Assembly (NCBI GenBank): GCA_902540805.1
Contig: CACBON010000001.1
Location: forward strand, 85,777 to 149,776
From: an uncultured Alphaproteobacteria bacterium
GTDB taxonomy: Bacteria > Pseudomonadota > Alphaproteobacteria > Methylaequorales > Methylaequoraceae
DNA: 64,000 nt
Direction of reading: 5' to 3'
Part shown: positions 9,638 to 18,747 of the stretch, one piece after another
Layout of the letters: every line of letters starts with the position of its first letter
Position numbering within the stretch: the stretch's first letter is position 1
Notes under the pieces: generated by a model
What the model saw: the letters and a program-made list of their open reading frames with translations, nothing else
Database searches by the model: none
What the model was told of the DNA's origin: nothing
Position numbers and translations under genes: made by a program

Positions 9638-11444
9638 TAGAGTATTTTTCATTTGTAATAATAGATAAAAAAGCTTCGCCATATTTCTCTAACTTTTGTG
9701 GCCCTACTCCATTCAGCTTTCCCATCTCCCCAATTGTTTGAGGTTTATGAAGTAGCATTTGATGAAGAGTCGAATCTGGGAAAATTATGTAAGCAGGAAC
9801 TCGCCTTTTGCGTGCCAATTCCATACGTTTAGATTTTAATGCCGAAAATAATTCTTTTTCGTCATCAAGTGTTTCATTATCAATGGTTTCAGGTTTAATC
9901 TTTTTTGCTTTAATAGGCTGATTAAATTCGATCTTACGATAAAAATATTCGTCCTCTCCTTTAAGAACCATTTCACCCTTTGATGTAATTTGTAATGCAC
10001 CATAACGCTGAATATTAATAAGTAAGTAATTTGCTGACACCATCTGACGAATAAATGTTTTCCAAAAATCAGTCGAAGCTATTCGCCCTACTCCAAATGT
10101 TTTAATTTTGTCGTGTCCTTTTGCTTTGACTTTGTCACTTAAAAGCCCTCTCAGCACATCAACAATATGTCCCGAACCAAAGTATTGACCTGTTCGATAT
10201 ACAGCTGATAAAACCATTTGAGCATACTCTGTTCCTTCAATCATTTGAGGCGGATTAACACAATTATCACACTTACCACATGTTTCGCAGGTTTCTTTAA
10301 AATAAGATAGTAATGTTTGACGCCTACAAGTAGCCGAATCACAATACGCGATCAATGCATCTAATCGTTTATGCTCTTTAATTTTAAAGCTATCATGGGC
10401 ATCGCTCATATCAATAAAACGTTTGCGTTGGAATAAATCCTGTAAACCAAAAATTAGTAAAGTATCAGCCTCTATCCCATCTCGCCCAGCTCTTCCAATT
10501 TCCTGATAGAAAGATTCCATACTACTAGGCAAACTTATATGAGCTATATACCTAACATCAGCTTTATCAATTCCCATCCCAAACGCTATTGTTGCACAAA
10601 CTACAACATTGTCTTCTGTCATAAATTTATCTTGAGTATCAATTTTTACCTGAGTATCTAATCCAGCATGAAACGGATATGCGTTGAATCCCTCTGATCT
10701 CAAAAATACAGAGCATTGTTCAGTGAGTTTTTGAGACAAACAATAAACAATTCCTGATTGATTTTTTCTATTTTCTAAGAATTCAAGAAGTTGAGCTTTC
10801 CAGTTGTTGGTTTTTTGTTGCACAGCTAAAGAGAGGTTAGGACGATTAAAACCATGAAGAAATATTTTACCTTTGCCATTAGTTAATTTGTTATTAATGT
10901 CGCTACGTGTTTCTTCATCAGCTGTTGCAGTAAATGCTGAAATAACTGCTTCAGGAAAATGATTTTGAAGTTCTTTTAAGAGTTCATACTCTCGTCTAAA
11001 ATCACTCCCCCATTTAGAAATACAATGAGCTTCATCAACAACAAACATACTAATGTTCAATGGCTTTAATGCACATATCATTTCATTACGCATTAAAGAT
11101 TCAGGCGAGATGTATAAAATTTTAATGGTTTTATTTTTAAAATCCTCCCATACTTGTTCTCTCTCGGACTCAGCCATTCCAGAGTGAACTCGTTCAGCCT
11201 TAACACCCAAATCCTTCAAGCCAATAACTTGGTCATCCATAAGAGCTAAAAGTGGAGACACCACAATAGTCTGATTTTCAAAGAGCAAGGCTGGGAGTTG
11301 AAAGCATAAAGATTTTCCTGCCCCTGTAGGCATAACTGCTAATAGTTTTTTCTTCTGCATTAAATGATTAATAATTTCCTCTTGCCCTGGTCTAAAAGAG
11401 GAAAAACCAAATACATCTCCAAGAGTTTTAGTTAGTTCGTTCAT
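9630..11444 (-). CDS. recQ: ATP-dependent DNA helicase RecQ
   Basis: 604 aa. MPTGAGKSLCFQLPAL, DEAHCISKWG, the RecQ zinc-binding Cys cluster (CRRQ..C..CGKCDNC), and a C-terminal HRDC-like region. Confidence 0.95.
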   Translation of the reverse strand: MNELTKTLGDVFGFSSFRPGQEEIINHLMQKKKLLAVMPTGAGKSLCFQLPALLFENQTIVVSPLLALMDDQVIGLKDLGVKAERVHSGMAESEREQVWEDFKNKTIKILYISPESLMRNEMICALKPLNISMFVVDEAHCISKWGSDFRREYELLKELQNHFPEAVISAFTATADEETRSDINNKLTNGKGKIFLHGFNRPNLSLAVQQKTNNWKAQLLEFLENRKNQSGIVYCLSQKLTEQCSVFLRSEGFNAYPFHAGLDTQVKIDTQDKFMTEDNVVVCATIAFGMGIDKADVRYIAHISLPSSMESFYQEIGRAGRDGIEADTLLIFGLQDLFQRKRFIDMSDAHDSFKIKEHKRLDALIAYCDSATCRRQTLLSYFKETCETCGKCDNCVNPPQMIEGTEYAQMVLSAVYRTGQYFGSGHIVDVLRGLLSDKVKAKGHDKIKTFGVGRIASTDFWKTFIRQMVSANYLLINIQRYGALQITSKGEMVLKGEDEYFYRKIEFNQPIKAKKIKPETIDNETLDDEKELFSALKSKRMELARKRRVPAYIIFPDSTLHQMLLHKPQTIGEMGKLNGVGPQKLEKYGEAFLSIITNEKYSND

Positions 11445-11700
11445 AAATCTTTTTTATAATTTTTAGTTTATCTTTATGACATAATTGTTTAATACGATAC
11501 TCCTCTTTGGATGCATCACTTTTATTTTCATACGCTGAGCTTTTATAGACTAGTTTAAGTGGACGAAGTCTCGCGCAATACTTAGAAGCTTTTTTATTAT
11601 CGTTTTGGTGTTCATCCAGTCGTCGTTCGACATCGGTTGTAATACCTGTGTACAAACTTTTATTTCGGCATTGGATTATGTAGACCCACCAATTCTTCAT
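11428..11700 (-). CDS. GIY-YIG nuclease-family protein
   Basis: 90 aa. WVYIIQCRNKSLYTGITTDVERRLDEH matches the GIY-YIG (UPF0213) pattern. Its 3' end overlaps the recQ start by 17 nt. Confidence 0.8.
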   Translation of the reverse strand: MKNWWVYIIQCRNKSLYTGITTDVERRLDEHQNDNKKASKYCARLRPLKLVYKSSAYENKSDASKEEYRIKQLCHKDKLKIIKKIYERTN

Positions 11701-11803
11701 ATTAATATTATATATGATTTTCCTAAGGCTGCCCTCAAAAATTAAATAGCATAATTTAATAAAATCCTTTTTAAGTACTTGTTAGATTTATTTTTATGCA
11801 AAA

Positions 11804-12064
11804 TTAGCTATAATCAAGCCAATTAATTGTTGCTCTAATGCCAATCACAAAATACATCACTTCCATTAAAGTTCTTGGAATGTCTTTATCTTTTATTCCC
11901 ATAATAATCCATATAAGGCATGAGAAACTACATATAATCCAACCAATAGATTGAGACGATACTTTTGCATTTCCAAGGACATACGCTCCGATTACTGCTA
12001 AAAAAAAACCAAACCATCTCCAATAATCAACTTTTTTAAAGAGTGTATTTAATTTTTCATTCAT
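11804..12064 (-). CDS. Small membrane protein, hypothetical
   Basis: 86 aa with 2-3 predicted TM segments. No family recognised. Confidence 0.4.
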   Translation of the reverse strand: MNEKLNTLFKKVDYWRWFGFFLAVIGAYVLGNAKVSSQSIGWIICSFSCLIWIIMGIKDKDIPRTLMEVMYFVIGIRATINWLDYS

Positions 12065-12347
12065 TTTATAAAACTTTCAGTTATTCATTATTATTAAAAA
12101 TTTAAATTCGTATTGAAGTTAATAGAGAAATTATTAAGTGAATACAACGTAAATTTTAATATTTCTAACCTTAGTTCTGTTTTTTTTCTAATGGTTATTC
12201 TAATAATAACTTTTTTGATTCAGTTCGATCAAAATACGATAAGGAGAACAATTATAATCAATTTAAGTTAAACCTGGTGATTTGGAAAAAAGAATAAACA
12301 AGTAACTAAAAATAAGAAAAATTTAATAATTAAAAAATAATAATTAC

Positions 12348-13544
12348 TTAATTATAATTTGGTTTCGCGAGAATCCTTGTAGCTTTGTCAATTCCATCCA
12401 ATGTTAAAGGTACCATCCGATTCTTAAAAATATCTTTTATTATCATTGTAGATTCTGAATACTCCCAATATTTTTCGATAACTGGATTTATCCATATATA
12501 TGATGGCCATTGAGTAATAGCCCTTTCCAGCCAAATTCTTCCGGGTTCATCGTTAAAATGTTCATTGCCTCCCCCCGGAATTACAATTTCGTATGGACTC
12601 ATAGTTGCATCTCCAACAAAGATACATTTAAATTCTTTTCCATAAGTTCTTATAACATCATATGTTGATAACCTTTCATTCCATCTTCTGTTATTACTTT
12701 TCCAAATACCCTCGTATAAGCAGTTATGAAAATAAAAATAATGAAGATTTTTAAATACATTACTAGCTGCTGAAAAAAGTTGTTCAACTTGCTCGATATG
12801 ACTGTCCATGGAACCACCAACATCTAAAAACAATAAAACTTTGATCGAATTTTCTCTTTCTTTTTTAGTTTTGATGTTCAAAATTCCATTTTTTGCTGTA
12901 TCTGATATTGTTTCATCAATATCCAACTCGTGGTTTATTCCAGTTCTAGCCCATTGTCTTAATTTTTTTAAAGCTACTTTAAAACTTCTATTATTAAATT
13001 CCTTGGTATTATCAAAATCCTTAAAAATCCTTTTATCCCAAACTTTTATTGCCTTTCCATGACGTCTTTTATCCTGGCCAATTCTTATGCCCTCAGGATT
13101 ATATCCATATGCTCCGAATGGAGAGGTTCCAGAAGTTCCAATCCATTTATTTCCACCTTGATGTCTTTTTTTTTGATCTTTTAATCTTTGTTTAAAAGTT
13201 TTTAAAAGCTTTTCAATACCACCTTGGGATTTGATTTTGTTAATTTCGTCTTCTGTAAAATATCTGTTAAACATTTGTTTAATCCAATCATCGGGGATAT
13301 CCATAGATGACAGCACATCTTCTAACTCAATTCTTTCAATGGACTTGAAAAATTCGCCAAAAACTAAGTCAAACTTATCAAAAAGTTTCTCATCTTTTAT
13401 TAAACACGTTCTAGCCAAATAATAAAATGCATTAACATCGTATGAAATTACTTGATTATCTAAAGCATTGAGAAGATTTAAAAATTCATCCAGCGATACA
13501 GGTATTTTGGCATTTTTTAATTTAAAGAAAAAATCTAAAAACAT
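12348..13544 (-). CDS. VWA domain-containing CoxE-like protein
   Basis: 398 aa. VWA MIDAS-like LFLDVGGSMD. Sits immediately downstream of a MoxR/CoxD-like AAA ATPase, the canonical pairing. Confidence 0.75.
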   Translation of the reverse strand: MFLDFFFKLKNAKIPVSLDEFLNLLNALDNQVISYDVNAFYYLARTCLIKDEKLFDKFDLVFGEFFKSIERIELEDVLSSMDIPDDWIKQMFNRYFTEDEINKIKSQGGIEKLLKTFKQRLKDQKKRHQGGNKWIGTSGTSPFGAYGYNPEGIRIGQDKRRHGKAIKVWDKRIFKDFDNTKEFNNRSFKVALKKLRQWARTGINHELDIDETISDTAKNGILNIKTKKERENSIKVLLFLDVGGSMDSHIEQVEQLFSAASNVFKNLHYFYFHNCLYEGIWKSNNRRWNERLSTYDVIRTYGKEFKCIFVGDATMSPYEIVIPGGGNEHFNDEPGRIWLERAITQWPSYIWINPVIEKYWEYSESTMIIKDIFKNRMVPLTLDGIDKATRILAKPNYN

Positions 13545-13548
13545 AAAC

Positions 13549-14385
13549 TTAATCTTCTCTTCTTGACATAAACGCTAATTGTTCAAAAAGTTGAATATCT
13601 TGTTCATTTTTTAACAATGCTCCATGAAGCTTTGGTAGTATGTTCTTTCCATCTGATTTCAAATCTTTTGAGTCCAAATCCTCTACTAATAAAAGTTTTA
13701 TCCAATCAAGAGCTTCTGATGTAGATGGTTTTTTTTTTAATCCTGGAACTTCTCTTATCTGAAAAAATTTTTTTAGAGCAATTTCTAATAATGATTTTTT
13801 TATGTCTGGAAAATGAACTTCAACTATTTTTCTTAGTGTATCAATTTCAGGAAATTGAATGTAATGAAAGAAACATCTTCTTAAAAACGCCTCAGGAAGC
13901 TCTTTTTCATTATTGGAGGTTATTATTATTATTGGTCTATGATTAGCTTTAATAACTTTTCCTGTTTCGTATATGTAAAACTCCATTTTATCTAGTTCTT
14001 GAAGTAAATCATTGGGGAACTCAATATCAGCTTTATCGATTTCATCAATTAAAAGAACTGATTTTTTCTTTGTTTCAAAAGATTCCCATATTTTACCTTT
14101 TTTAATATACTTAGATATTTCTTTTATTTCTTCTCCAAGCTGACTATCTCTTAGTCTACTTACAGCGTCGTACTCATATAACCCTTGTTGTGCCTTTGTT
14201 GTCGACTTTATGCTCCATTCAATTATTTCTAGTTTTAAACTACTAGCAATCTGTCTTGCTAACTCTGTCTTGCCAGTACCTGGTTCTCCTTTAACCAATA
14301 ATGGTTTCTCCAGAGCAATTGACGCATTTACAGCAACAGTTAAGTCATTTGTCGAAATATAATTTTTGTTTCCAGAGAATTCCAT
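13549..14385 (-). CDS. MoxR/CoxD-like AAA+ ATPase
   Basis: 278 aa. Walker A GEPGTGKT, Walker B LLIDEIDKA, ITSNNEKELPEAFLRRC. Confidence 0.85.
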   Translation of the reverse strand: MEFSGNKNYISTNDLTVAVNASIALEKPLLVKGEPGTGKTELARQIASSLKLEIIEWSIKSTTKAQQGLYEYDAVSRLRDSQLGEEIKEISKYIKKGKIWESFETKKKSVLLIDEIDKADIEFPNDLLQELDKMEFYIYETGKVIKANHRPIIIITSNNEKELPEAFLRRCFFHYIQFPEIDTLRKIVEVHFPDIKKSLLEIALKKFFQIREVPGLKKKPSTSEALDWIKLLLVEDLDSKDLKSDGKNILPKLHGALLKNEQDIQLFEQLAFMSRRED

Positions 14386-14597
14386 TAAATTTATACCTTT
14401 TTTTTAATTTTTTAGATTTTTACTTATTTACAAAAAGAATTTTACAAAAAATAACGTTTTTAGATTATTAATGAGTAAAAGTAAAAAAAAAATCAATTTG
14501 CAAAATTAAACTTTACATTAAAATACAACTTAAAAAAAATAATAATAGAAAAAAAAATTTAATATATTATCTTTAAAGAATAACAAAAGGATAAACT

Positions 14598-14840
14598 ATG
14601 AAAAAAATTATTTTATGCCTAGCTGCTGCTTTCGTCATTTCAACAAGTGCTGAAGCTTGTCCTTATCAAAAAATGGCTGAAGTTGATTCAAAGTTATTTT
14701 CCAACAAAAGTTCAATCAATACAGAGACTTTTGCACAGATCTCTAATCTCAGATCTCAAGGAGCTGAAAAATTAGAAATCGGTGAGCTTGACAATGCTGA
14801 AGAAATTTTTGATAGAGCTCTGGCACTACTAAATAACTAA
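14598..14840 (+). CDS. Small secreted hypothetical protein
   Basis: 80 aa. SD AAAGGA upstream, signal peptide MKKIILCLAAAFVISTSAEA, followed by a hairpin. Confidence 0.55.
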   Translation: MKKIILCLAAAFVISTSAEACPYQKMAEVDSKLFSNKSSINTETFAQISNLRSQGAEKLEIGELDNAEEIFDRALALLNN

Positions 14841-14848
14841 TATTTTGT

Positions 14849-14880
14849 AATAAGGAGAATGAAGTTTCATTCTCCTTATT
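14849..14880 (+). terminator. Hairpin downstream of 14598..14840 (possible terminator)
   Basis: Inverted repeat AATAAGGAGAATGAA / TTCATTCTCCTTATT. No clean T-run, so weak as an intrinsic terminator. Confidence 0.35.
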
Positions 14881-15030
14881 ATCTCATTCATTCCTTAAAC
14901 CAAAAACTAACAAAAGCAATTTTTCAAGAATTCCCAACATTAACTCATTATGAACAAGCTTATCAGAGTTAATTAAGGTTCAACTAATATATTAAATTCA
15001 ATTATCAATATTAACATAAAGGAGAATACA

Positions 15031-15108
15031 ATGGCTTGGACAAAACCAACTATTTCTGAAATCTCAGTAGGACTTGAAATCAATTCTTACGCTTGCGCTG
15101 AAAAGTAA
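15031..15108 (+). CDS. pqqA: Coenzyme PQQ precursor peptide PqqA-like (25 aa)
   Basis: Not in the ORF track (too short). SD AAGGAGA lies 7 nt upstream. The peptide MAWTKPTISEISVGLEINSYACAEK matches the PqqA pattern (W-x-x-P...E-I/V-x-x-Y) and resembles Gluconobacter PqqA as I recall it. A strong terminator follows. Confidence 0.75.
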   Translation: MAWTKPTISEISVGLEINSYACAEK

Positions 15109-15136
15109 ATAAGTAGAGATTTTCATGTATTTAATG

Positions 15137-15169
15137 AGCCTGACTTAATTTAGTCAGGCTTTTTTTTTA
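15137..15169. terminator. Rho-independent (bidirectional) terminator
   Basis: 9-bp stem AGCCTGACT / AGTCAGGCT with a 6-nt loop, followed by a T9 run. Lies between convergent pqqA and 15167..15637. Confidence 0.75.
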
Positions 15170-15637
15170 TATTTTATTTGACTTTAAACCATCATCAAAT
15201 TTCAATTGGAAAAGATTCTTTAACTCTATCATTTCTGGCATAAACTCCCCATCTAGAATTTTGCACTTCAAAACTCTAATTTTATCATTTATTTCATGAT
15301 TTAGTTCAAGATCTTTTCTTCCTAGAGTAAATTCTTCAAAAGAAATATCACCATACCAAATAAACTTTATTTTAAATTTTACAGAATTCTCGGAAATTTT
15401 ATAAGGGGTAAGTTTTGAAATAATTTTAAGAGATTTATTTTTACTTTTGAAACTTACTACTCTAATTGAATTGTCTGATTCAAAATATAATCCACGAAAT
15501 GACTTATAATTATTATTGACAAAATCGTCTTCAGGAAAACACGATAGGCCTTTACCAACTGGTCTACTTTGAGGTTCAAAATGCACTAAAAAGTTTAAGA
15601 AAAACGTGATAAAAATTATTTTTATGATATTTGGCAT
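15167..15637 (-). CDS. Secreted hypothetical protein, paralog of 18748..19107
   Basis: 156 aa with a hydrophobic N-terminus. Shares GKG[IL]xC, FE[NS]D, ENS, RKDL, DG and a C-terminal NKI with the 119-aa ORF at 18748..19107. Confidence 0.55.
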   Translation of the reverse strand: MPNIIKIIFITFFLNFLVHFEPQSRPVGKGLSCFPEDDFVNNNYKSFRGLYFESDNSIRVVSFKSKNKSLKIISKLTPYKISENSVKFKIKFIWYGDISFEEFTLGRKDLELNHEINDKIRVLKCKILDGEFMPEMIELKNLFQLKFDDGLKSNKI

Positions 15638-15663
15638 AAGATATATATAATAAGCAATTGTTT

Positions 15664-16236
15664 TTATTGAGTTTTTTCTTCGATTTCAGTAATCAAATCG
15701 TTTGAGTTACACCATGTTTTATTTACTTCAGTCGAAACTTGATGAAAATTTACTATTTCATCGAAAGTTATATTACTTCTATCATTTTTTATCCACGAAT
15801 CAATTTGATTTTCTTTTAAAAATAATGGTTGCCTACTATGAATTTCTGAAAGATATTGAAAACTATCCATTGTGACAACAACACAACCTAAATTATTGCA
15901 AAGCCCAGCAAAATATAAAAATTTGTTAGGAACATAATGATAATATGGAATCTTTAATTTTCCACGTCTTCTCCATTCATAATAACCATCACTAACAAAA
16001 ACACATCTCTTTAAGCTGGCAAAAGATTTCTTTATTCCTATTGTTTCTAATCTTGCGTTAATTATTAGAGAATTTTTCCATTCTGGCTTTATGCCCCACT
16101 TCAATTTAACAACATTTTTGGCTTGATCAATTACAAACACGTTTTGATTAGGAGATATATTATAATTTTGACTTAAATTGATATTAAATTTTTTCTTAAA
16201 TTTCTCTTTTGAATAAAGTACATATCTACCACACAT
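15664..16236 (-). CDS. SOS response-associated peptidase (SRAP / YedK family, abasic-site processing)
   Basis: 190 aa starting MCGRY (catalytic Cys2), with WGIKPEW and INARLET motifs. Confidence 0.85.
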   Translation of the reverse strand: MCGRYVLYSKEKFKKKFNINLSQNYNISPNQNVFVIDQAKNVVKLKWGIKPEWKNSLIINARLETIGIKKSFASLKRCVFVSDGYYEWRRRGKLKIPYYHYVPNKFLYFAGLCNNLGCVVVTMDSFQYLSEIHSRQPLFLKENQIDSWIKNDRSNITFDEIVNFHQVSTEVNKTWCNSNDLITEIEEKTQ

Positions 16237-16242
16237 ATTTTT

Positions 16243-16422
16243 CTATCTTTTTTTTGATTTCCAGGTTCCCCCATATTGATAAAACAAGTTATTTAATTTG
16301 GATTGGTCTAAACAAGTTTTGCATAAAAAAATCCAATTACCTTTTTCGTCATATTTGCATCTAAATAACTCAGAAAACAGTTTATCACATTTAAAACATG
16401 ATCTTTCTTCTCTTATTCTCAT
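16243..16422 (-). CDS. Small Cys-rich (zinc-ribbon-like) hypothetical protein
   Basis: MRIREERSCFKCDK...FLCKTCL has two CxxC pairs. Start moved to the ATG at 16422, because the track start 16452 would overlap the upstream small ORF. Confidence 0.45.
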   Translation of the reverse strand: MRIREERSCFKCDKLFSELFRCKYDEKGNWIFLCKTCLDQSKLNNLFYQYGGTWKSKKR

Positions 16423-16423
16423 G

Positions 16424-16558
16424 CTATGACAACTCTTTAAAACAGTCATCACAAACGAAATGACTTAAATTAAAATAATTTAATCTTGAAGGATCGTTGG
16501 GCAAAGGAGCGTCACAATTTTTACAAACCTTTAACTCTATATCATCTTTATCGGTCAT
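16424..16558 (-). CDS. Small Cys-rich (zinc-ribbon-like) hypothetical protein, 44 aa
   Basis: Not in the track. MTDKDDIELKVCKNCDAPLPNDPSRLNYFNLSHFVCDDCFKELS has two CxxC pairs. Its ATG overlaps the TGA of the upstream gene (ATGA at 16555-16558). Confidence 0.4.
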   Translation of the reverse strand: MTDKDDIELKVCKNCDAPLPNDPSRLNYFNLSHFVCDDCFKELS

Positions 16559-16902
16559 GATTTAAATTTACACTTAATAATAACTTCATTCAGGTAATTA
16601 CCATACTTATTATTAAAATTTGTTATGGTTTTTATTTTTAAAGTTTTTTTATAACAATTTTTTCTTATAAAAGTTAAAATTTCAGGTTTATATCTCTGGG
16701 GTACATATTCATGAAATTCTTTGTTAAATTGAAACTTTAAATCTTTTTTTTTTGAATTGAATTTTAAATGACCAAATAATAATTTTTCATCGCTACAATT
16801 AATAATTTTTTTATTTTTCTCTAAAATATTGTCAACCACACAGAAATCTGCTGAAAACAAATTTAAACCAAAAAAATAGATAAAAATTGATAACTTTTGC
16901 AT
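16555..16902 (-). CDS. Secreted Cys-containing hypothetical protein
   Basis: 115 aa with a signal-like N-terminus MQKLSIFIYFFGLNLFSA. Confidence 0.45.
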   Translation of the reverse strand: MQKLSIFIYFFGLNLFSADFCVVDNILEKNKKIINCSDEKLLFGHLKFNSKKKDLKFQFNKEFHEYVPQRYKPEILTFIRKNCYKKTLKIKTITNFNNKYGNYLNEVIIKCKFKS

Positions 16903-17175
16903 TTAAAATTTAGAATTCTACATTATTTGTTAAATACCACCTTGTAATAGTAAATGTAATGTTGAAGCAAAAGCAAGGTGGTTCCACATTAAATATAAAG
17001 ATTGCTTTTTTAAATATTAAAACTATCTAATTAAAAGAACATGGTTATAATAAGAAAATAAACGATTTTGACTCATAATTAATTTTTAATATTATAAGAA
17101 ATGATTTAGGCTCAATTGATTTATTTAGTTCTTAGATAGTTTAATGTCTAAGTTAGCTTATTTGTAAGGAGAAAA

Positions 17176-17376
17176 ATGATAAAAGGTAAAGTTAAATGGT
17201 TTAATTTTAAAAAAGGGTATGGATTTATACAACCTGAAGATGGGTCTAAGGACGTTTTCGTTCACAAAACCGCTTTAAAAAGTTCAGGCATTGACAATTT
17301 GGAAGAAGGCCAGGATATAACATTCGAGATTGCTGAGGAAAACGGTAAAAATTCAGCCGTTAATCTTAAAGTTTGA
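17176..17376 (+). CDS. cspA: Cold-shock protein (CspA family)
   Basis: 66 aa. [16 protein letters not shown] (RNP1) and DVFVH (RNP2). SD AAGGAGA. About 270 nt of non-coding sequence lies upstream. Confidence 0.95.
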   Translation: MIKGKVKWFNFKKGYGFIQPEDGSKDVFVHKTALKSSGIDNLEEGQDITFEIAEENGKNSAVNLKV

Positions 17377-17649
17377 TTCAAAGTATAACCTATTAAACAT
17401 TATTTTTCTTCTAATTCGTGAAGATCATATTCCAAATGATCCAGCTTGGAATTGATTACTTCAAACCTATCATTTATCGATATAAAATTTCTATTCATTT
17501 TTATGAATAAAGACATAATCATAACAATGACTATAATTAAAAAAAGTAAACCGAGATTAATTTTTGACACCTTGAAATCTTCGCCTTTAATTATAAAATA
17601 AAACTCATTTTAACTACAAGTTACCTTATTCTACCACAATTCTACTATA

Positions 17650-18270
17650 CTAATTTGAAAGAAGTTCAATGTTATTGGTAAAAAGACTTGGGTTTTTCTC
17701 TCTATAAGCGAAATCTTTTTTTACATATTCATTCTGATTAACAAAAATATCTATCAGTTTTTTTTTAGCAAAATTTGAAGATTCGATTTTTTCACAACTG
17801 TAAAAATCAGTTATCCAATGTTTTACCCCTATTTTTAACGTTTTATTATCAAAATATACTTTATAGTTTGAATTTGTTTTAGATTTTAGATTTATATCAG
17901 AACTACTTAAATCATCTAGATAGTCTGAATTTAGCAACTCATATTCATCATTTTTATTTTTTTTCCATAATTGATACTTTCTTACACCTCTTTCTAGCGA
18001 TATTTCTCCAATATTTGGCCACAATGTTCCTACAATATTTCTGTTGCTAAAAACTAATATATTTTTGAATGCACTGCTATTTAAAACCATACCATAGGGA
18101 AATTGTTCAAATCCAGTGCTCCAAGATTTATTTACATAATCGCATTTATGAATTTCATTTTTATAAAAACCTTTTAAAAGTTTATTAAATACCTCTCTAG
18201 TACTAAATTCAGAGGCTTTTAAACTTCCTGATAATAACAGTAACAAAATTGAAAACCTTACGAAAAACAT
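17650..18270 (-). CDS. Secreted hypothetical protein
   Basis: 206 aa with signal peptide MFFVRFSILLLLLSGSLKA. Confidence 0.5.
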   Translation of the reverse strand: MFFVRFSILLLLLSGSLKASEFSTREVFNKLLKGFYKNEIHKCDYVNKSWSTGFEQFPYGMVLNSSAFKNILVFSNRNIVGTLWPNIGEISLERGVRKYQLWKKNKNDEYELLNSDYLDDLSSSDINLKSKTNSNYKVYFDNKTLKIGVKHWITDFYSCEKIESSNFAKKKLIDIFVNQNEYVKKDFAYREKNPSLFTNNIELLSN

Positions 18271-18330
18271 ATTAGTTTTTTAATTAAAAAAAAAAAAAAC
18301 ACAAGGTAAATCTTTCAAGCATATTAAATA

Positions 18331-18747
18331 TTAATTCTTTTTATCTTCGAAATCTTCAAGATGAGTTTTTAGGGCATGGCTACTTAGATTGATTTCAATA
18401 AGAAAAATAACCAACGCAGTTGCAAAAATTATTAATGCTAAAGCAAAAAAATAAGGGGTTACTATGCTTCCAATCATTCCTAATAGAATTGTCAGAAGAT
18501 TAATAATAAAAGCTAATCCTGAAAATAATTGCATATATTTGACATATTTAAGTCTTAAACTCAGAATTTTAATTTGAACTAAGTATTTAGGCGCTGATCT
18601 ACTTTGTTGCTTTCGTTTGTCTACAAAATCCCTATGCATTTGCCTTATGAGCTTGCTAATAGCAATCCATCTATTACCAAATGTAAGCATCATCAATGGA
18701 ATAGCAGGAAAAAGAAATGCAGCATATGTTAAATTGAAATTTTTCAT
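18331..18747 (-). CDS. Membrane protein, possibly DUF2721 family
   Basis: 138 aa with 3 TM segments and a basic loop between TM1 and TM2. The family call is tentative. Confidence 0.45.
   Translation of the reverse strand: MKNFNLTYAAFLFPAIPLMMLTFGNRWIAISKLIRQMHRDFVDKRKQQSRSAPKYLVQIKILSLRLKYVKYMQLFSGLAFIINLLTILLGMIGSIVTPYFFALALIIFATALVIFLIEINLSSHALKTHLEDFEDKKN

Noticed and set aside
16936-16982. A 9-bp inverted repeat (ACCACCTTG ... CAAGGTGGT) in the long cspA upstream region, as a possible thermosensor or riboswitch.
   Set aside because: The loop is about 29 nt, there is no further covariation evidence, and it may lie upstream of the transcription start. It is noted but cannot be supported from the sequence alone.
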